Assembly: GCA_016650365.1 (NCBI GenBank)
Contig: JAENVV010000313.1
Location: forward strand, 3,786 to 67,785
Origin: Acidimicrobiia bacterium
GTDB taxonomy: Bacteria > Actinomycetota > Acidimicrobiia > Spongiisociales > JAENVV01
DNA length: 64,000 bases
Reading direction: 5' to 3'
Numbering within the stretch: the first letter of the stretch is position 1; every line of letters starts with the position of its first letter. The notes under the pieces are model-generated. The model worked only from the letters and a program-made list of their open reading frames with translations. It was not told where the DNA came from and did no database searches. Positions 33,049 to 46,238 of the stretch are shown one piece after another. The translations under genes and the position numbers were made by a program.

Positions 33049-34368
33049 ATGCCTCGATCATCATGCAGTTTCTGCGGAAAATCTGAATCCGAAGTCCGCC
33101 AGATCGTGGCGGGACCCGATCGGGTAGGCGTGTGCAATGAGTGTGTGGTCTTGTTCGGTGACATCACAAAGGAAGAGTTCGCCGGCGGGGTCCTCGTCTC
33201 TGGCATCGGCGAACTCGTAACCAACGACCCGCTCGTGCCCGGATTACTCGGGGTCCTCGAACACGCCGCGCTAGCCGTGGTCCATGGGGTGGTCGCCTGG
33301 GCGGGACCGGCAGACTCTGTCCCTGAACGCTGGCGTGACTTGCCGACGCTCGACGTGGAGGGACGGGCGGTCATCCCCGGATTTGTCGACGCCCACACCC
33401 ACGCCATTTTCGGTGGTGACACAGCCGATGACTACGCCGACCAGTTGGCCATGTTCGCCGACCCCCCCATGACAGATCTCGGCGCCATTGTCAGGGCCAC
33501 GAGCGCCACCAGTGACGACCACCTTCTTCGTGAGACCAGCGACCGGCTGGAACGGATGTTGCGCATGGGGACCACCACGGTCGAGGTCAAGTCCGGCTTT
33601 GGTATGACGACGATCGGCGAACGCAGGCTCTTGGAGGTGCTCAACCGGGTGGCCGATCAGCACCTCATCGACGTTGTGCCCACACTTTTCTTTCGAGGGA
33701 TCCCGAGCCATGTGGGGCGGTCCGACCATATCCAGACGATCACCGAAGAGACACTTGCCATCTGCGCCCCCCTGGCCACCTACTGTGACGTCTACTGCGA
33801 CGAGACAGGTTTTTCACCTGAGGAGGCCCAGGTGATTCTCGACGCAGCCGCTTCTCACGGTCTACCCGCCCGGGTTCACGCTCAGCGGTTCGGGGCTGAC
33901 GAAAGCGTCATGGTTGCCGTATCGGCGCGGGCAGTGAGCGCCGATCATCTTGATCACGTGACCCGCTCCGAGGCCGGCCGGCTCGCTGAGTCAGGCACCG
34001 TGGCCGTTCTTTTGCCGGGTTCATCATTTGGTATTCGATCGGGCCATGCCCCGGCCAGGATGTTGTGGGAGTCGGGTGTTACCGTAGCGCTTGGCACCGA
34101 CTGCGGCCCGGAAAGCGCCGCCGTCGAGTCCATGCAGTTCGTGGTGGCCCTCGCCAGTGTTGAGATGGGCCTTACTCCGGCCCAGGCTGTGTGGTCGGCC
34201 ACCCGGGGCGGTGCCCTGGCGTTGCAGGAACCGGAAAAGGGCTGGCTCGGTCGGGGGGCGGTTGGCGACTTTGTCGTCCTCGATGCCCCGCGCGCCAACC
34301 ACCTCGTAGCGAGACCCGGCAACAACCTCGCCTGGCACGTCTTCAAAGACGGCCACACCGTCTCCTGA
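33049..34368 (+). CDS. ClpX-type C4 zinc-finger domain fused to imidazolonepropionase-like amidohydrolase
   Basis: The N-terminus [28 protein letters not shown] matches the ClpX N-domain zinc ribbon (CSFCGKSQHEVRKLIAGP..ICDECV). The remainder carries HutI-like motifs [41 protein letters not shown] and LGTDCGP. ATG start with an AAGGG Shine-Dalgarno. Confidence 0.7.
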   Translation: MPRSSCSFCGKSESEVRQIVAGPDRVGVCNECVVLFGDITKEEFAGGVLVSGIGELVTNDPLVPGLLGVLEHAALAVVHGVVAWAGPADSVPERWRDLPTLDVEGRAVIPGFVDAHTHAIFGGDTADDYADQLAMFADPPMTDLGAIVRATSATSDDHLLRETSDRLERMLRMGTTTVEVKSGFGMTTIGERRLLEVLNRVADQHLIDVVPTLFFRGIPSHVGRSDHIQTITEETLAICAPLATYCDVYCDETGFSPEEAQVILDAAASHGLPARVHAQRFGADESVMVAVSARAVSADHLDHVTRSEAGRLAESGTVAVLLPGSSFGIRSGHAPARMLWESGVTVALGTDCGPESAAVESMQFVVALASVEMGLTPAQAVWSATRGGALALQEPEKGWLGRGAVGDFVVLDAPRANHLVARPGNNLAWHVFKDGHTVS

Positions 34369-34372
34369 GATC

Positions 34373-34437
34373 GAACCCAGGGTTGAACCCTGGGTTCCTA
34401 CGCCCGAAAACGGGAGCTGGGGCCCCAGGAACGGGTC
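34373..34437. repeat. REP-like compound palindromic element, copy A
   Basis: 25-nt palindrome GAACCCAGGGTT-G-AACCCTGGGTTC, then CCCGAAAACGGG and CTGGGGCCCCAG dyads. Near-identical copies occur at 62.9 kb. Confidence 0.7.
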
Positions 34438-34444
34438 AACAAAT

Positions 34445-34470
34445 CAGGGCCCCGCCGAAGCGGGGCCCTG
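34445..34470 (-). terminator. intrinsic terminator downstream of rpoC
   Basis: 11-bp stem CAGGGCCCCGC / GCGGGGCCCTG with loop CGAA, 20 nt after the rpoC stop. Followed on the minus strand by AUUUGUUG. Confidence 0.55.
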
Positions 34471-34489
34471 ATCCACTAAGTTGGCTCGC

Positions 34490-38398
<3,909 letters not shown>

Positions 38399-38415
38399 GT
38401 TTCCTCCAGCGCTCG

Positions 38416-41400
38416 CTATGACTCGCGTCGTTCGGGACGGGACAGATCAATGCCGAGTGACTCGGCGGTGCGGAACGCGTCTTCATCGAGTTCACGAAGC
38501 TGCACTTCCTCACCGGCCGAGAGCATCTCCACGTTCAAGCAGAGACTCTGCATTTCTTTGATCAGCACCTTGAATGACTCCGGTATACCGGGTTCGGGGA
38601 TGTTCTCCCCTTTGACGATGGCCTCGTAGACCTTGACACGGCCCTGCACATCATCGGATTTGATGGTGAGTACTTCCTGCAACGCATAGGCAGCGCCATA
38701 TGCTTCGAGGGCCCACACTTCCATCTCACCGAATCTCTGGCCACCGAACTGTGCTTTACCACCGAGCGGCTGCTGGGTGATCATCGAGTACGGGCCAGTT
38801 GAACGAGCGTGAATCTTCTCATCAACCAGATGGACCAGCTTGAGGATATAGATGTATCCAACGGTGATCGGCGTGTCGAATTGCTCGCCGGTCCGACCGT
38901 CGAACAACATCGCCTTGCCGGACTCACCGATGAGCTGGGTACCGTCACGATTGACCTTCGAATGGCTCAGGACCTCGGCAATTTCACCTTCGCGGGCCCC
39001 GTCGAAGACGGGAGTCGCAATCTTGGTCCACGGCCCGGCGCCATCCTTGGCAGGACTGAAGTCCATGTACTTTTCGAGTGGTTCCCAACCGACGGCAGCC
39101 GCCCAACCAAGGTGCGTCTCAAGGACCTGACCCAGGTTCATTCGGGACGGCACACCGAGCGGCGACAAAATGATGTCGACCGGTGTCCCGTCTTCCATGA
39201 ACGGCATGTCTTCTTCAGGCAAGATCTTGGAGATAACGCCCTTGTTGCCGTGGCGACCGGCCAGCTTGTCTCCTTCGGAGATCTTGCGCTGGCTGGCGAC
39301 GTACACCCGGACCAGTTCGTTGACCCCGGGAGGCAAGTCGTAACCCTCGTCGCGTTTGAAGACCTTCACGTCGATGACCTTGCCGGCTTCACCGTGAGGC
39401 ACCTTCAGTGATGTGTCACGAACTTCCCGAGCCTTCTCACCGAAAATAGCTCGCAGGAGACGCTCTTCAGGCGTGAGCTCGGTCTCGCCTTTGGGAGTGA
39501 CCTTGCCGACCAGATAGTCGCCAGGACCGACTTCGGCCCCGACCCGGATGATCCCGTTTTCGTCAAGGTCCATGAGGGCCTCTTCGGCAACGTTCGGAAT
39601 GTCACGGGTGATTTCCTCGGCGCCCAGTTTCGTGTCCCTGGCGTCGACCTCATGCTCCTCGATGTGAATCGAGGTGAGGACATCGTCTTTGACCAGACGT
39701 TCGCTCAAGATGATGGCGTCTTCGTAGTTGTAGCCCTTCCATGGCATGAACGCTACAAGCAGGTTACGTCCCAGCGCGAGTTCGCCCTGATCGGTCGAAG
39801 GGCCATCGGCCAGAACGGTGCCGACCGTGATCTTGTCGCCTTCTTTGGCGAGAGGCTTCTGGTTGACGCAGGTGCCCTGGTTGGAGCGCTCGAACTTCTT
39901 CAGAGGGAAGGTGTGCTTTTTGTTGGTCCCTGTTTCCTTGACGACGATTTCGTCACCGGTGATCTCAACGACTTCTCCATCAACCGGCGAAACGATCATG
40001 TCGCCCGAATCCTGGGCAGCCCGCTGTTCAACGCCGGTGCCGATCAATGGGGCATCGGCCCGAAGGAGTGGAACCGCCTGACGCTGCATGTTCGAACCCA
40101 TCAAGGCCCGGTTGGCATCGTCGTGCTCAAGGAACGGAATGAGAGCCGTGGAAACCGAAACCATCTGCTTCGGAGATACGTCCATGTAATCGACGTTCTC
40201 GGCCAAGACGTAGTCGACCTCGCCGCCAGCACGACGGACCAGAACACGCTCATTCGCAAAGGCGAACTTGTCGGTCAGTGGTGCGTTGGCCTGAGCGATG
40301 ACGTATCGCTCTTCCTCGGTGGCCGTGAGGTAATCGACCTTCGTGGTCACCGTTCCCATTTCGACCTTACGGTAAGGCGTTTCAATGAATCCAAACCGGT
40401 TCACTCTGGCGTAGGACGATAGAGAACCGATCAGGCCAATGTTGGGTCCTTCCGGCGTTTCAATCGGGCACATACGACCGTAATGAGACGGATGGACGTC
40501 ACGGACCTCAAACCCGGCCCGCTCACGTGACAGACCGCCAGGGCCGAGCGCCGAAAGACGACGACGATGGGTGAGACCGGCGAGGGGGTTCGGTTGGTCC
40601 ATGAACTGGCTCAACTGGCTGGTTCCGAAGAACTCCTTGATGGCCGCCGTGACCGGCCGGATGTTGATGAGGGACTGCGGCGTGATCGCCTCAGGATCCT
40701 GCGTCGTCATCCGCTCCCGAACCACCCGCTCCAATCGAGTCAAGCCGACCCGAATCTGGTTCTGGATGAGTTCGCCGACCGTACGAATACGGCGGTTACC
40801 GAAGTGGTCGATGTCATCGGTCTGGACCGGGACTTCCACCCCGGCACTTGTCATATACATGGCGTCGCCGGCGTGAAGGGCAACGAGATATCGAATGGTG
40901 TCAAGGATGTCATCGTCGGAGAGCAGTTGCTGGCCCTCCAGGCGATAGTTCTCCGGGACCTCGTGGCCAAACCGGGTGTTCACCTTGTAGCGACCGACCC
41001 TGGTGAGGTCGTAGCGCTTCGTGTTGCGGAACAACGTCTGGATCAACCCGCGGGCCGAGTCGACCGTGGTTGGCTCACCAGGACGCAGCTTTCGGTACAG
41101 ATCGAGGAGAGCTTCCTCTTTGGACTGGGCTGGGTCCTTGTCAATGGTGGCCTGAATCGCCGGGGCACCCCTGAACAATCCGAGGATCTCTTCGTCGGTC
41201 TCGGCGATACCAAGAGCCTTGAGGAAGCCGGTGATGTACTGGCGGCGTTTGCGGTCAACCCGGACGCCGATCGTTCCACGCTTGTCGGTGTCGAACTCCA
41301 ACCAGGCTCCCCGGCCGGGGATGACCTTGGATGCGTAGATCAGTGCGTCAGAGGTTTTGTCGCGAGTGACATCGAAGTAGACGCCAGGCGAACGCACCAA

Positions 41401-41793
41401 CTGGGACACAACGACTCGTTCGGTGCCGTTGATGATGAAGACACCGTTGTCGGTCATCATCGGGAAATCGCCAAGGAAGACTTGCTGTTCCTTGATCTCG
41501 CCGGTTTCCTTGTTGACAAAGCGGGCCGTCACATGAAGCGGGCGCGAATAGTTCTCGTCGCGTTCCTTGGCCTCTTCAATGGTGCGAGATGGATCGCCGA
41601 AACGATGGTCTACGAGTTCGAGGGCGAGGCTGCCGGTGAAATCTTCAATCGGCGAAATTTCGTCGAAGATCTCCTGAAGACCTTCCTCAAGAAACCATCG
41701 GAATGATTCGTGCTGAACGGCTAATAGATCAGGCAGGGGTAGTACTTCAGGGATCTTTGCGAACGATAAACGTTCAGCGACGCGCGAGACCAA
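38416..41793 (-). CDS. rpoB: DNA-directed RNA polymerase subunit beta
   Basis: RpoB sequence. The start is assigned to a TTG (L)[16 protein letters not shown] preceded by GGAGGA-N6; the ORF-track start at 41862 is a GTG further upstream. Confidence 0.93.
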   Translation of the reverse strand: MVSRVAERLSFAKIPEVLPLPDLLAVQHESFRWFLEEGLQEIFDEISPIEDFTGSLALELVDHRFGDPSRTIEEAKERDENYSRPLHVTARFVNKETGEIKEQQVFLGDFPMMTDNGVFIINGTERVVVSQLVRSPGVYFDVTRDKTSDALIYASKVIPGRGAWLEFDTDKRGTIGVRVDRKRRQYITGFLKALGIAETDEEILGLFRGAPAIQATIDKDPAQSKEEALLDLYRKLRPGEPTTVDSARGLIQTLFRNTKRYDLTRVGRYKVNTRFGHEVPENYRLEGQQLLSDDDILDTIRYLVALHAGDAMYMTSAGVEVPVQTDDIDHFGNRRIRTVGELIQNQIRVGLTRLERVVRERMTTQDPEAITPQSLINIRPVTAAIKEFFGTSQLSQFMDQPNPLAGLTHRRRLSALGPGGLSRERAGFEVRDVHPSHYGRMCPIETPEGPNIGLIGSLSSYARVNRFGFIETPYRKVEMGTVTTKVDYLTATEEERYVIAQANAPLTDKFAFANERVLVRRAGGEVDYVLAENVDYMDVSPKQMVSVSTALIPFLEHDDANRALMGSNMQRQAVPLLRADAPLIGTGVEQRAAQDSGDMIVSPVDGEVVEITGDEIVVKETGTNKKHTFPLKKFERSNQGTCVNQKPLAKEGDKITVGTVLADGPSTDQGELALGRNLLVAFMPWKGYNYEDAIILSERLVKDDVLTSIHIEEHEVDARDTKLGAEEITRDIPNVAEEALMDLDENGIIRVGAEVGPGDYLVGKVTPKGETELTPEERLLRAIFGEKAREVRDTSLKVPHGEAGKVIDVKVFKRDEGYDLPPGVNELVRVYVASQRKISEGDKLAGRHGNKGVISKILPEEDMPFMEDGTPVDIILSPLGVPSRMNLGQVLETHLGWAAAVGWEPLEKYMDFSPAKDGAGPWTKIATPVFDGAREGEIAEVLSHSKVNRDGTQLIGESGKAMLFDGRTGEQFDTPITVGYIYILKLVHLVDEKIHARSTGPYSMITQQPLGGKAQFGGQRFGEMEVWALEAYGAAYALQEVLTIKSDDVQGRVKVYEAIVKGENIPEPGIPESFKVLIKEMQSLCLNVEMLSAGEEVQLRELDEDAFRTAESLGIDLSRPERRES

Positions 41794-42029
41794 CGGCGTT
41801 CCTCCTCGAAAAGGGGTTGTGAGACGACAAGCGAATAGGCAGCTTAGCAAAAGCCAGCGCACCTAGCAAAAGATGAACATGCGCCAATGTCCCGGGGGGA
41901 CGGCTCGACGATTTTGTGGCCGAGTTGTCCTGGAGACCGCTCGAACCGACTTCGTTGTCAGTGGGGGGAATATACCTGTGAATCGATACGAACGTCAAGC
42001 ACCTACGCCCCGACAAGCTGCCGGTGTCG

Positions 42030-42051
42030 ACCCGGCCGTTTTCGGCCGGGT
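42030..42051 (+). promoter_or_regulatory. perfect 9-bp stem-loop in the bioY 5' region / rpoB divergent leader
   Basis: ACCCGGCCG-tttt-CGGCCGGGT, 55 nt upstream of the bioY ATG. Not followed by a T-run. Confidence 0.3.
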
Positions 42052-42105
42052 AACGTGAATGACGCCTACCCGGTCCAATGTTGCACATCACAGGAGGAAA
42101 ACCGC

Positions 42106-42684
42106 ATGCTCGCTCATCCCGCCGTTCTCGGAACCCGGGTTCTACCCCGCTCGAAGATTGTCGCGGTGGCGTCCATAATCGGGTTCGCATTCGCCACTGC
42201 CTTCCTGGCGCAGTGGGAGATCCCGCTGGGATTCACACCCGTTCCCATCACCGGCCAGACGCTGGGAGTGGTGCTGGCGGGAGCCGCACTGGGAAGCCGA
42301 AACGGGGCGGCCAGCATGCTCTTGTACTGGATCCTTGGAGCGGTAGGCCTTCCGTTTTATGCCGGCGGCGGCTCCGGTTGGGAAACTGCCACGGGCTCAA
42401 CTGCCGGCTACCTGGTTGGATTCGTGGTGGCCGCCTGGCTGATCGGCAAGTTGGCCGAGACCCGTCAGGATCGTCATGTCCTCACGGCGATCCCTGCCAT
42501 CCTGGCCGGGTCGGTCGTCATCTACCTCTTCGGAGTCAGCTGGCTCATGTTCTCGCTCGACGTCGATCTCGCCCAGGGTCTTGAGTGGGGATTCACACCG
42601 TTTGTGGTCGGCGACCTCATCAAGGTCGCCGCCGGCGGCACGATGCTACCAGGCATATGGAAGCTGGTCGGAGAAAAGAACTAG
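42106..42684 (+). CDS. bioY: biotin transporter BioY (ECF S component)
   Basis: 192 aa from an ATG with an AGGAGG Shine-Dalgarno. Carries the BioY motif PITGQTLGVVLAGAALG and 5-6 TM segments. Confidence 0.8.
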   Translation: MLAHPAVLGTRVLPRSKIVAVASIIGFAFATAFLAQWEIPLGFTPVPITGQTLGVVLAGAALGSRNGAASMLLYWILGAVGLPFYAGGGSGWETATGSTAGYLVGFVVAAWLIGKLAETRQDRHVLTAIPAILAGSVVIYLFGVSWLMFSLDVDLAQGLEWGFTPFVVGDLIKVAAGGTMLPGIWKLVGEKN

Positions 42685-42710
42685 CCCGCTTCGGTTGGCA
42701 TCGGAGACAA

Positions 42711-42742
42711 AGAGAGGGGCTGCCGTGCGCCAGCCCCTCTCT
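42711..42742. terminator. bidirectional intrinsic terminator between convergent bioY and the SBP gene
   Basis: 12-bp perfect stem AGAGAGGGGCTG / CAGCCCCTCTCT with an 8-nt loop, followed by CTATTTACCTATTG. Confidence 0.65.
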
Positions 42743-42776
42743 CTATTTACCTATTGATGTTCGTCTGTCCGTTTGA

Positions 42777-44183
42777 CTAACCGCCGCAAGCCGCCGTGAA
42801 CTCGTAGGCGGAAGCCGTCGGGCCCACGAAGAATTCCTGAATCGTGGCGATGCCCGTCGAAGCATCGGCCGAGTAAGCACCGATCACCGCTTCGCGCGGG
42901 GTGATGTCGTTGGCGTCACCAGCGAACGAGCGTTCCGGCATCATGCCCTCGTAGTCAACCGTTTCGAGCGACCAGGCGGCTGCTTCGATACCGGCTTTGG
43001 TCAAGTCACCAGCCGCGTACGCACCCTCAAGGGCAGCCTTGAGTCCGTACTGCGAGACCCAACCTGAGATCCAGAAGTCGTTGGGTGGCTGGCCGATGGA
43101 ATCAACGGCCGCACGCATCTTGCCATGACCGACCGAATCCGTGTCCCAACCAGGAACAAACGAGGACTGGAAGAAGATGCCCGCCTGGAAAGCCGGGGCG
43201 GCTGGCGAAGCCAGCAACGCCGAGTTCCAGGATGGAGCAGCCCCGATGAACAGCGGAACCGTTGCACCCATCTGGGCGGCAGCCCCACCAACGATGGCTG
43301 CGGTCTCACTTGGACCAACCACGAGAATGACCAGGTCTGTTGGGTCACCAACAATCTTGGCTACGGCTTCGGTTTGGGTGGCATCGCCACCGGCCGACGC
43401 CGGGATCACGGCCTGCTCCCAGGCGATCTCGATGCCATTCGCCTCGGCAGCGAGCTTGACCCCGGCCGAATAGTCGGCACCGTAGTCATTGGGAATAGCC
43501 AGGATTCCGATCGTCGTCAGCTCACGACTTTGCGCAGGGAAGGCTCCAGCTGCCCAGTCGATGGCGTTCATCGCCTCGAAGCAGTAGTTGGTTCCGAACT
43601 CAATGATGTTGTCTTCGAACGACCAGCCTGACCACCACGACATCGGAGCGGCGACCGTATGGTCGCGCTCATAATCGGCCATCGCCGCAATGGACTGCGA
43701 CGTCCCGAGCGACTGGGCAACGGCGGCTACCTCTCCAGCGATCTGGTTGTAGTCGGCCACGAACTTGTCCGGCTGATAGGCCGTGTCCTTCTTCAGTTCT
43801 TCCGGAAGCGCAACGTCGTAAGCCCCACCAATACCGTCACCGGCATTCACCGTTGCCCAGAACAGCTGCTGACCCCCGTAAAGGGCCGGAGCCGCCGCCT
43901 GGAATGGTCCGGACTCGTCCGTCAAGACACCGAGATAGATGCACCCGCGATCCGGATTACCGCCCGGACATGGCTCTTCGGTCACCCCGATGTCGGTGGC
44001 GATCGTCATGTCTGGCATCGTTGTGTCGGGCGTTGCCTCGGTGGTATCCGGGGTTGGCGCTGCCGTCGTTACTGTGGTAGCAGGAGCGGCGGTAGTCGTT
44101 GTCTCCGCCTCCTGCGCGCACGCAGCCATGACGAGCGACAGTACCGCCACCCATGCCAGGGCCTTTCGATTGCTGGATCTCAT
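42777..44183 (-). CDS. ABC transporter substrate-binding lipoprotein (LivJ/LivK family)
   Basis: Start MRSSNRKALAWVAVLSLVMAAC|AQ (lipobox) with a GGAGGAG Shine-Dalgarno. Has a Thr/Ala-rich linker, then a type I periplasmic-binding-fold sequence. Confidence 0.8.
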   Translation of the reverse strand: MRSSNRKALAWVAVLSLVMAACAQEAETTTTAAPATTVTTAAPTPDTTEATPDTTMPDMTIATDIGVTEEPCPGGNPDRGCIYLGVLTDESGPFQAAAPALYGGQQLFWATVNAGDGIGGAYDVALPEELKKDTAYQPDKFVADYNQIAGEVAAVAQSLGTSQSIAAMADYERDHTVAAPMSWWSGWSFEDNIIEFGTNYCFEAMNAIDWAAGAFPAQSRELTTIGILAIPNDYGADYSAGVKLAAEANGIEIAWEQAVIPASAGGDATQTEAVAKIVGDPTDLVILVVGPSETAAIVGGAAAQMGATVPLFIGAAPSWNSALLASPAAPAFQAGIFFQSSFVPGWDTDSVGHGKMRAAVDSIGQPPNDFWISGWVSQYGLKAALEGAYAAGDLTKAGIEAAAWSLETVDYEGMMPERSFAGDANDITPREAVIGAYSADASTGIATIQEFFVGPTASAYEFTAACGG

Positions 44184-44235
44184 ATGTCTCCTCCATTGGG
44201 TTCTGCCGACCGGGGGTCGGAAGCATTCTGATGAG

Positions 44236-45345
44236 CTAGTAGCTGAATGGCCAGGCCTTCCAGTAATTCCGTATCCGCATCCATATCCCGTTGAGCCCAC
44301 GCGGCTCAAAGATAAGAAAACCAATGATAAGCGCCCCGAACACGATCCGTTCGAGTTGGGACGTGCTGAGTAACCCCTGCGAGCTCACCTTGAGAAAGGG
44401 TAAAACGCCCCCCGCTCCATCGATCAACCTCGGGAGCAACGTCAAGAAGGTGGCGCCCATGATCGAGCCAGTGATGCTGGCCGCCCCACCAATGACCACC
44501 ATGGCGATGTAGGCGAACGACAACAGAAGATTGAACGAGTTCGTATTCACGAAACCCGTCACCGTAAAGAGCATCGATCCCGCCACCCCCGCATAAAACG
44601 ACGAGACCGCAAAGGCGAGCACTTTGTAGCGGGTGAGGTCGATGCCCATTACTTCGGCAGCGATATCACGATCGCGAATGGCGGCGAATGCCCGCCCAAT
44701 CCGCGACCGAACAATGTTCTTGGCTGCGAACGCCATGATGATCAAGACGATCAATGCCAACCAGTAGATCTGTTGTTCGCGAGTAACCGCGTACCCGGCA
44801 ATCTCACCATCGAGATCGAACCGCCATCCCGCCAACCTGAGAACTCCTGGCTTTCGGCCGATGCCGGGTCCGCCGGTCACGGACTCCCACTCACGGAAAA
44901 CATGTTCCCCGAGGAACACGAGGCCGAGCGTCAAGAAGGCGAGATACAGTCCCCGCAGCCGAACCGCAATCGGGGCGATGGCGGCCCCGATGACCGCCGC
45001 GACCAGACCGGCGAGTGGGATCCACAGGACAACGTCGAGTCCGAACCCGACCAGCTTGTCGGTCGCTTCACCACCAAACGCTGCCCCGGCATATGCCCCG
45101 ACACCAAGGAAGAAGGCATGGCCGAGCGAGACCTGACCTGCATAGCCGGTCACCAGGTTGAGTCCGATCACCCCGACCGAAGCAATAAACGCGGTAGCGA
45201 TGAGGATCAACCAATCCCGGGGCAGCCACACTGCGGCTCCGGCGACGACCAGGAGACCGACGAGCAGCCAGACCCGCTGTGTCGTGGTTGGGAGCATGGC
45301 CGAGTCTGACTCGTACCGGGTGAACAGCGCCGGTCGCCCTCTCAT
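44236..45345 (-). CDS. livM: branched-chain amino acid-type ABC permease LivM
   Basis: LivM-like TM core. The start is assigned to an ATG overlapping the livH stop (ATGA); the 175-aa ORF-track extension is GC-rich and spurious. Confidence 0.75.
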   Translation of the reverse strand: MRGRPALFTRYESDSAMLPTTTQRVWLLVGLLVVAGAAVWLPRDWLILIATAFIASVGVIGLNLVTGYAGQVSLGHAFFLGVGAYAGAAFGGEATDKLVGFGLDVVLWIPLAGLVAAVIGAAIAPIAVRLRGLYLAFLTLGLVFLGEHVFREWESVTGGPGIGRKPGVLRLAGWRFDLDGEIAGYAVTREQQIYWLALIVLIIMAFAAKNIVRSRIGRAFAAIRDRDIAAEVMGIDLTRYKVLAFAVSSFYAGVAGSMLFTVTGFVNTNSFNLLLSFAYIAMVVIGGAASITGSIMGATFLTLLPRLIDGAGGVLPFLKVSSQGLLSTSQLERIVFGALIIGFLIFEPRGLNGIWMRIRNYWKAWPFSY

Positions 45346-46238
45346 ACGCGTTCGACCTCTGCCGACCCGAACAGACCGTATGGTCGGATAAGGAGCACCG
45401 CCAACAGCACCACGTACGGGACCACCTGGCTGAAATTGCTGCCCAGCCAGGGCGCCGCGCTGCTCTGGTAGGTGGCGGTGTATGCCTCGGCCAGGCCAAC
45501 CACCAGGGCACCAACGACCGCCCCGTTGATGGAGTCGAGCCCACCCACGACAATGGCTGGCAACGCCTTGATGCCAACGATATAGGTGGACGCCGATAAA
45601 CCGGCCAGGTCGGACGCTGCGAACATGCCAGCCACGGCGGCCATGGCGCCGGCCATCATCCAGGCAAGCGCAAAGATCCGACCGACGTTGATCCCTTGGG
45701 CCAGGGCAACTTCCTGGTCCATCGCCGTCGCCCTCATGGCCAGTCCAACCCGGGTGTACCTGAAGAAGAGAAAGAGAAGCAAGGTAATGACGAGAGCCGT
45801 GACGATCATCGCGACACTCCGGTGCGGCAAGTTGGCACCACCCACAGTCCACGAGTTGAAACCCCAGGGAGAACCTACGCCCCTGATATCAAGGCCAATG
45901 AGGTTGTTGATCGGGGTTCGGATGACAACATCCAATCCGATGGTCACGATGGCGATCGAGAAGAGCGGTTTCCCGATCATGGGTCGGATGGCGATTCGTT
46001 CTGAGAGATAGCCGAGCAGAGCTGTGGCCAGAGCGCCGAGTACCACCGCCAGGACGAACGGCACCCCCAAGTCGACTGCAAACCATGAAACCATGTAGGC
46101 GCCGAAGAGCATCACGGCGGGGTGGGCAAAACTCACCACTTGCATCGCCTTGTAGATGATCACAAACCCGAGAGCCAACAGCGCATAGATCGACGCCAAC
46201 GACAGTCCGGCAATGGTCGCCTGGAGAAAGGTCGTCAT
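45342..46238 (-). CDS. livH: branched-chain amino acid-type ABC permease LivH
   Basis: 298 aa LivH-like permease. Confidence 0.85.
   Translation of the reverse strand: MTTFLQATIAGLSLASIYALLALGFVIIYKAMQVVSFAHPAVMLFGAYMVSWFAVDLGVPFVLAVVLGALATALLGYLSERIAIRPMIGKPLFSIAIVTIGLDVVIRTPINNLIGLDIRGVGSPWGFNSWTVGGANLPHRSVAMIVTALVITLLLFLFFRYTRVGLAMRATAMDQEVALAQGINVGRIFALAWMMAGAMAAVAGMFAASDLAGLSASTYIVGIKALPAIVVGGLDSINGAVVGALVVGLAEAYTATYQSSAAPWLGSNFSQVVPYVVLLAVLLIRPYGLFGSAEVERV

Noticed and set aside
44236-45852. The 538-aa ORF-track version of livM and the 228-aa version of rpsG, and similar N-terminal extensions on rplF, rplE, rpsJ, alr, moaE, rpmJ and tatA.
   Set aside because: The extensions are Arg/Pro/Gly-rich, lack homology, and would overlap the upstream gene. 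In each case a conserved internal start at or near the upstream stop (ATGA/GTGA) gives the expected protein length.
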